DNA from: Planctomycetota bacterium
GTDB lineage: Bacteria > Planctomycetota > UBA1135 > UBA2386
Length of the DNA: 64,000 bases
NCBI GenBank assembly: GCA_965223545.1
Contig: OZ245006.1
Coordinates: forward strand, 7,680,001-7,744,000
Direction: 5' to 3'
Position 1 is the first letter of the stretch. Each line of letters starts with the position of its first letter. Shown piece by piece: positions 59,600-64,000 of this stretch. The notes below the pieces were generated by a model, which did no database searches, was not told the DNA's origin, and saw nothing but the letters and a program-made list of their open reading frames with translations. Position numbers and translations under genes: made by a program.

Positions 59600-59910
59600 C
59601 GGTCGAGCTTGAGTCCAAGCTCTTCAGCGATGCCGGCCAAGGCTTCTCTCATCGGTTCGCCGCGACCAGCTCGGACGTCGTCCATGCCGATCTCTATCGC
59701 AGCCAGATTCTCCGCGAGTTCTGCCGCGCCTTCGGCGCTGAGTTCGGGGTCGCGCTCCTGCAGGTGGGCGGCCGTCCGACGGACGACCTCGGCCAACACT
59801 GCCTCACCGACGAAGCTCGAGAGGTCCCCCTTCTTCATGCCCGTTCGGGCCAGGAACACGCGCACCAGCCGGTCCGTTCGGTCGGGGATGGTCACGTTCC
59901 ACTTGGGCAT
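59596..59910 (-). CDS. RHH antitoxin
   Basis: KWNVTIPDRTD..GDLSSFVGEAV N-term; AIEIGMDDVRAGR C-term; ATGA overlap with the toxin. Confidence 0.75.
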   Translation of the reverse strand: MPKWNVTIPDRTDRLVRVFLARTGMKKGDLSSFVGEAVLAEVVRRTAAHLQERDPELSAEGAAELAENLAAIEIGMDDVRAGRGEPMREALAGIAEELGLKLDR

Positions 59911-60039
59911 GTCAATCTCTCTTGCTAGTTGGGCGCATAGGAGCTCATCCTCCTATTCTGTGGCTGATCGGCCAGAGAGATCAACCCCTTGAGTGGGGTC
60001 CGCCAACGCCACGAGTCTGGGGCGCGACCCGATGTCGCA

Positions 60040-61245
60040 TCACCATGCGAGCAGCGGGGCCGGATTGGTGAGAGCCAGAGAGCCTGAGGTCGCGACTTGT
60101 GCCCCCTGCAACCAGACCGTCGAGCCGGGGGCCGAGGTGAACGGCAGCGTCAACCCGAACCCGCGCTCCCCGGCGCTGTTCAGCAGGCCGACGTCGATCA
60201 CGAACTGCCGCCCGGGAGCGAGATAGAAGGTCTCGCTGAGCAAAGTGAACGGCGTCGCCGCTGGGAACCCGAGAACGAGCGCCGCAGTCGCTCCCGGATC
60301 GCCGTAGCTCGTCGCCGCCAGCGTCGTCGGCGAGCCCCCGATCGACCAGCTCAGCGCCGGGATCGACTGCGTCGTGACGTTGGCCCCAACCGCGGGGCCG
60401 ACGTTCGAACGCGGGTCGGCGACCAACTCCGTCGTCGCCGTGCACGTGCCGCCGGTCGGTAGGACCGCCACCCCGGGCACCGTCGAACCCAACACCGTGC
60501 CGCCGACGACCACCGACCCGGGTCCCGCCACGAGGATCCGCGCATCGCAGTGCGCGATCGCGGCCCCGGGTGTCCCGAGGTTCGGCGAGCCGAAGACGGT
60601 CGAATCGACCAGGACAAGCTCCGAGCGGATGAGCTCCACCGTGTGAAAGCCGCCGAACGCGATCGGCACGAAGGCGGATTGGTCGGCAACGACCCTGGTG
60701 TTGTCCGTGAGAGCCAAGCGTCCGTACAGCGCACTGTTGGCCACGGCGAGCGAGCATTGCGAGATGGTGACCAGCCCGCTGTGCGCGATCGTGAAGCGAT
60801 CGAACAGGGTCGCGGCGGGATTGGGCCCGGGGTTGGTCCGCACGATGTTGATCAAGTGCACGGCGCCCACGTTGTCGGAGACGAGCAGCCCGCCGCTGGT
60901 CGGCCCGCCGTTGGTGTCGAATGGCGACAGCCTCAGATTGGCGAGAAACACCTCTTCGCCGGTGGGAACCAGCACGACGTCGAGCCGGCCGTCGATTCCC
61001 GGCCGTCCCGGGCCCTGGCCGATCACCGAGAGTCCACGGGTGATCCGAGCCGCGGTGTACTGCATCAGCGTCGGGTCGACGTAGTGCACCAGCAGAATGT
61101 CACCGGGAGCCGCCGCCGCCACGGCGGCCGGCAGGTCGGTGAAGTCGGTCCCGGGCCGGTTCAGCAGATCGACGTTCCAGGTGGTCTGCGTTTGTCCTGG
61201 GGCGGCGCAGGCAACGACCGAGCATGCGACGAGGAATGGGCGCAT
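60040..61245 (-). CDS. Exported hypothetical beta-rich protein
   Basis: Signal peptide; GTDFTDLPAAVAAAAPGDILLV (beta-helix-type N-term); C-term WLQGAQ..LTN. Confidence 0.65.
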   Translation of the reverse strand: MRPFLVACSVVACAAPGQTQTTWNVDLLNRPGTDFTDLPAAVAAAAPGDILLVHYVDPTLMQYTAARITRGLSVIGQGPGRPGIDGRLDVVLVPTGEEVFLANLRLSPFDTNGGPTSGGLLVSDNVGAVHLINIVRTNPGPNPAATLFDRFTIAHSGLVTISQCSLAVANSALYGRLALTDNTRVVADQSAFVPIAFGGFHTVELIRSELVLVDSTVFGSPNLGTPGAAIAHCDARILVAGPGSVVVGGTVLGSTVPGVAVLPTGGTCTATTELVADPRSNVGPAVGANVTTQSIPALSWSIGGSPTTLAATSYGDPGATAALVLGFPAATPFTLLSETFYLAPGRQFVIDVGLLNSAGERGFGLTLPFTSAPGSTVWLQGAQVATSGSLALTNPAPLLAW

Positions 61246-61598
61246 GTCCGAGAATCGTAGTGCAAGACGGGGGTGGATCGGCGCAGGGGCGACCGGGCGT
61301 TTGGCGCTGGTCCGGCCAATTGCAGTGAGGCGCACGAGACACGCTTCCTCGGGTCGGGGTCCCAGAGTGAGACCGGCGTCCGATCGGTCGCGAGTCGGAG
61401 CGCTCCCGCGTGGCTCAGCGCCCGATGGCAATGGCAACCGCGGCCCTCTGGCGCTGCTCCTACACCCCGGCTGCGCCACCTACACCGCCGCGTCCCGCAT
61501 CGATCCCCGCTCAACCCGGCCCGGGTCCCGCGACGATACGCGCAAGATGGGCCCCGGTGCCGCGCCGGTGCCCTACGCATCCGCACAAGAGGGGCAAC

Positions 61599-62141
61599 AT
61601 GGGGAAGCAGTTCAGAAGGCGCCGGCTGATCGTCGACCGGCAGATGCAGTCGCGCATCATTGCGCAGGTCGCCTGGCCGGCGGCGCTGTGCGTGATGGTC
61701 TCGGTCACGTTGATGGGGCTGTTTTGTGCCCGGGTCACTGCCAAGGCGATCGAGGCCAACGTCGAGATCGACGGCGTCGCGACGATGCTGCTCGCGTGTC
61801 TTGGCTTCTTGTTGGTGTCCTCGGGGCTGTTCTTGTTCAACTGCCTGAAGGTGTCGCACCGCGTCGCCGGGCCGATCTACCGGATCCGCGCGGTGCTGGC
61901 CGCGGTGCGCGCTGGCGAGCCGACCCTGCGCATTCGCTTGCGCAAGGAGGACTTTCTCGGTGACTTGGCCGAGGACCTGAACACCTTCCTGGCCTGGGCC
62001 GAGCCGCACCTGCCGCAGAACGAGGTGCCGGAAGAGGTGCAGGCCGCGGAGGCAGAAGCCCGCGAGCAGGAGGCCGAGGCGCGGCGCGAGTTCGAAGCCG
62101 CCTGCGCCGGCGAGCCCGACAAGATCGTCCCGGTGCCGTAG
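61599..62141 (+). CDS. Two-TM HAMP-like membrane protein
   Basis: RRRRLIVDRQMQ; SHRVAGPIYRI..LRKEDFLGDLAEDLN. Confidence 0.75.
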   Translation: MGKQFRRRRLIVDRQMQSRIIAQVAWPAALCVMVSVTLMGLFCARVTAKAIEANVEIDGVATMLLACLGFLLVSSGLFLFNCLKVSHRVAGPIYRIRAVLAAVRAGEPTLRIRLRKEDFLGDLAEDLNTFLAWAEPHLPQNEVPEEVQAAEAEAREQEAEARREFEAACAGEPDKIVPVP

Positions 62142-62257
62142 GGCCCTGGCGCGGGCTGGCGTGCCGGTGTGGCGTGCGTGGCGCTCGGCGCGCCGCACGC
62201 TTCGGCTGGGAAAGCGGTTACCGCGGCCGACGCGGCGCGATACAAAGGCCGCACCGC

Positions 62258-63223
62258 ATGATCCTCGTCGACAACCTGATCAAGGAGTTCGGCGCGACGC
62301 GCGCCGTCGACGGTGTGTCGTTCGCCGTCGAACGCGGCGAGGTGGTCGGTTTCCTCGGTCCCAACGGCGCTGGCAAGACCACGACGCTGCGGGTGCTGAC
62401 CTGCTACCACCCGGCCACCCGCGGCCGCGCCGAGGTCGCCGGCTTCGACGTCTTCCGGCAGCCGGTCGAGGTCCGCCGGCAGATCGGCTATCTGCCCGAG
62501 AACGTGCCGATCTACCCCGACCTGCGGGTCGAGGAGTACCTCCGCTACCGCGCCGCGCTCAAGGGCGTGCCGCGCAATGAGCGGCGCGCCGCGGTGGGGG
62601 CGGCGATGGAGCGCTGCGGCGTCGACGACGTCCGCCGCAAGCTGGTCGGGCACGTCTCGCGCGGCTACCGGCAGCGCGTCGGCCTGGCCGACGCCCTGGT
62701 GGCGCGGCCGCCGATCCTGATCCTCGACGAGCCGACCTCGGGGCTGGACCCCAACCAGCGCCGGCGGATGAAGGCACTGGTGCGCGAGCTGGCCGCCGAG
62801 CACACGGTGCTGTTCTCCAGCCACATCCTGCCCGAGGTCGAAGACGTCAGCTCGCGCATCCTGGTGATCCACCGCGGTCGGATCCGCGCCGACGGCACCC
62901 CGCGGCGCCTGCTCGAGGAGAGCAGGGGCCGGCGGCTGGTGGTCTGCGCGGCGGCGCCGGCCGACGACCTGGCGGCGTGGCTCGGTGCGATCGAGGGCGT
63001 CGAGGCGGCGGAGGTCCGCCCGGTCGGCGAGGGCTACCACCACGCGACCGCCGTCGTCGAGCGGGACGTCGACCCGCGCGATCAGGTCGCCGCGACCCTG
63101 GCGTCGCACGGCGTGGCGCTGCGCGAGCTGACGATCCAGCAACCGACCCTGGAGGACTTCTTCCAGCAGATCACCGAAGGAGCGGAGTCCGCGGCTTCGC
63201 CCGACGCCGAGGGGGTGGCGTGA
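62258..63223 (+). CDS. ABC transporter ATP-binding protein (GldA-like)
   Basis: GPNGAGKTT, SRGYRQRVG, LDEPTSGLD. Confidence 0.92.
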   Translation: MILVDNLIKEFGATRAVDGVSFAVERGEVVGFLGPNGAGKTTTLRVLTCYHPATRGRAEVAGFDVFRQPVEVRRQIGYLPENVPIYPDLRVEEYLRYRAALKGVPRNERRAAVGAAMERCGVDDVRRKLVGHVSRGYRQRVGLADALVARPPILILDEPTSGLDPNQRRRMKALVRELAAEHTVLFSSHILPEVEDVSSRILVIHRGRIRADGTPRRLLEESRGRRLVVCAAAPADDLAAWLGAIEGVEAAEVRPVGEGYHHATAVVERDVDPRDQVAATLASHGVALRELTIQQPTLEDFFQQITEGAESAASPDAEGVA

Positions 63224-63990
63224 GCACGATCGTCACCACCTTGAAGAAGGAGCTGACCTCCTACTTCTACAACCCGGTCGCCTACGTCATCGCGGTGCTC
63301 TTCTATCTGTTCCGGGGTGCCGAGGTGCAGGCCATCGCGCAGGTGATGGCCGACCAGGGCGGCGATCGAGATCTGTTCTCGAGCTACTACATCTTCATGC
63401 GCAGCACGAACTTCATGATCGTGCTGGTGCCGCCGATCTTGACCATGCGGTGCTTCGCGGAGGAGCGTCGGACCGGCTCGCTCGAGGTGCTGATGACGGC
63501 GCCGGTGCGCGACTACGAGGTCGTCCTCGGCAAGTGGCTCGCCGCGGTGCTGTTCTTCGCCGTCCTGTGGCTGCCGACCCTCGTCGTGCTGTGGGTGCTG
63601 ACGACGGGACCGTTCATGGCGACCAGCCTGGCGTTCGGTCCGGTGCTGTCCGGCTACCTGGGTCTGTTCCTGCTCGGCGCGCTGCTGTTGGCAGTCGGTT
63701 GCTTCACCAGCAGCACCACCGACAACCTGCTGCTGGCCGCGCTCAGCGCCATGCTGTTCAACACCGCGCTGTTGGCCGGGCCCGACCTGCTGCGGCCGCT
63801 GCTGCCGCCCGAGGTCCTCGAGCTGCCCTGGGTGCAGACGCTGTTGTCGCAGCTCAACGTGTACGAGCACCTGAGCAGCTGGTTCGCCCGCGGCCTGATC
63901 GACACCAGTCAGGTCGTGTTCTATCTCGGCGGCGCCGCGTTCTTCTTGTTCTTGACGGTGAAGGCACTGGGGTCGAAGCGATGGCGGTGA
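63220..63990 (+). CDS. ABC-2 permease (GldF-like)
   Basis: KKELTSYFYNPVAY, TMRCFAEERRTGSLEVL.TAP, VLGKW. Confidence 0.88.
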   Translation: MSTIVTTLKKELTSYFYNPVAYVIAVLFYLFRGAEVQAIAQVMADQGGDRDLFSSYYIFMRSTNFMIVLVPPILTMRCFAEERRTGSLEVLMTAPVRDYEVVLGKWLAAVLFFAVLWLPTLVVLWVLTTGPFMATSLAFGPVLSGYLGLFLLGALLLAVGCFTSSTTDNLLLAALSAMLFNTALLAGPDLLRPLLPPEVLELPWVQTLLSQLNVYEHLSSWFARGLIDTSQVVFYLGGAAFFLFLTVKALGSKRWR

Positions 63991-64000
63991 CCGGTCGGCA

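Overview
High-GC bacterial window, probably Planctomycetota (inferred from gene content; not searched). Positions 1-22.1 kb are a degraded mobile/defence island. It holds nested IS66 elements (two types, four full-length insertions with 8-bp target duplications plus one remnant), a fragmented IS630, two CTAG-flanked IS1182/IS5-like elements, two right ends of an ExeA-ATPase/HTH transposon, a disrupted parDE, and an apparently intact RADAR-like pair (1014-aa P-loop ATPase plus ~915-aa adenosine deaminase). Positions 22.2-64 kb are mostly core genes: larC, rpoN, ECF sigma/anti-sigma, tyrS, cmk-plsC-rpsA, dnaK, two NtrC-type regulators, a partner-switching module and ABC genes. The most interesting non-coding signals are: a candidate sigma54-dependent anti-Shine-Dalgarno small RNA downstream of an HK/NtrC pair; an IS110 inserted in a REP-like palindrome whose upstream non-coding end contains exact matches to its target and donor (candidate bridge RNA); a perfect 107-bp palindrome of the same repeat family; and a structured ~200-nt RNA upstream of tyrS. 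All protein calls come from motif recognition by eye, not database searches.
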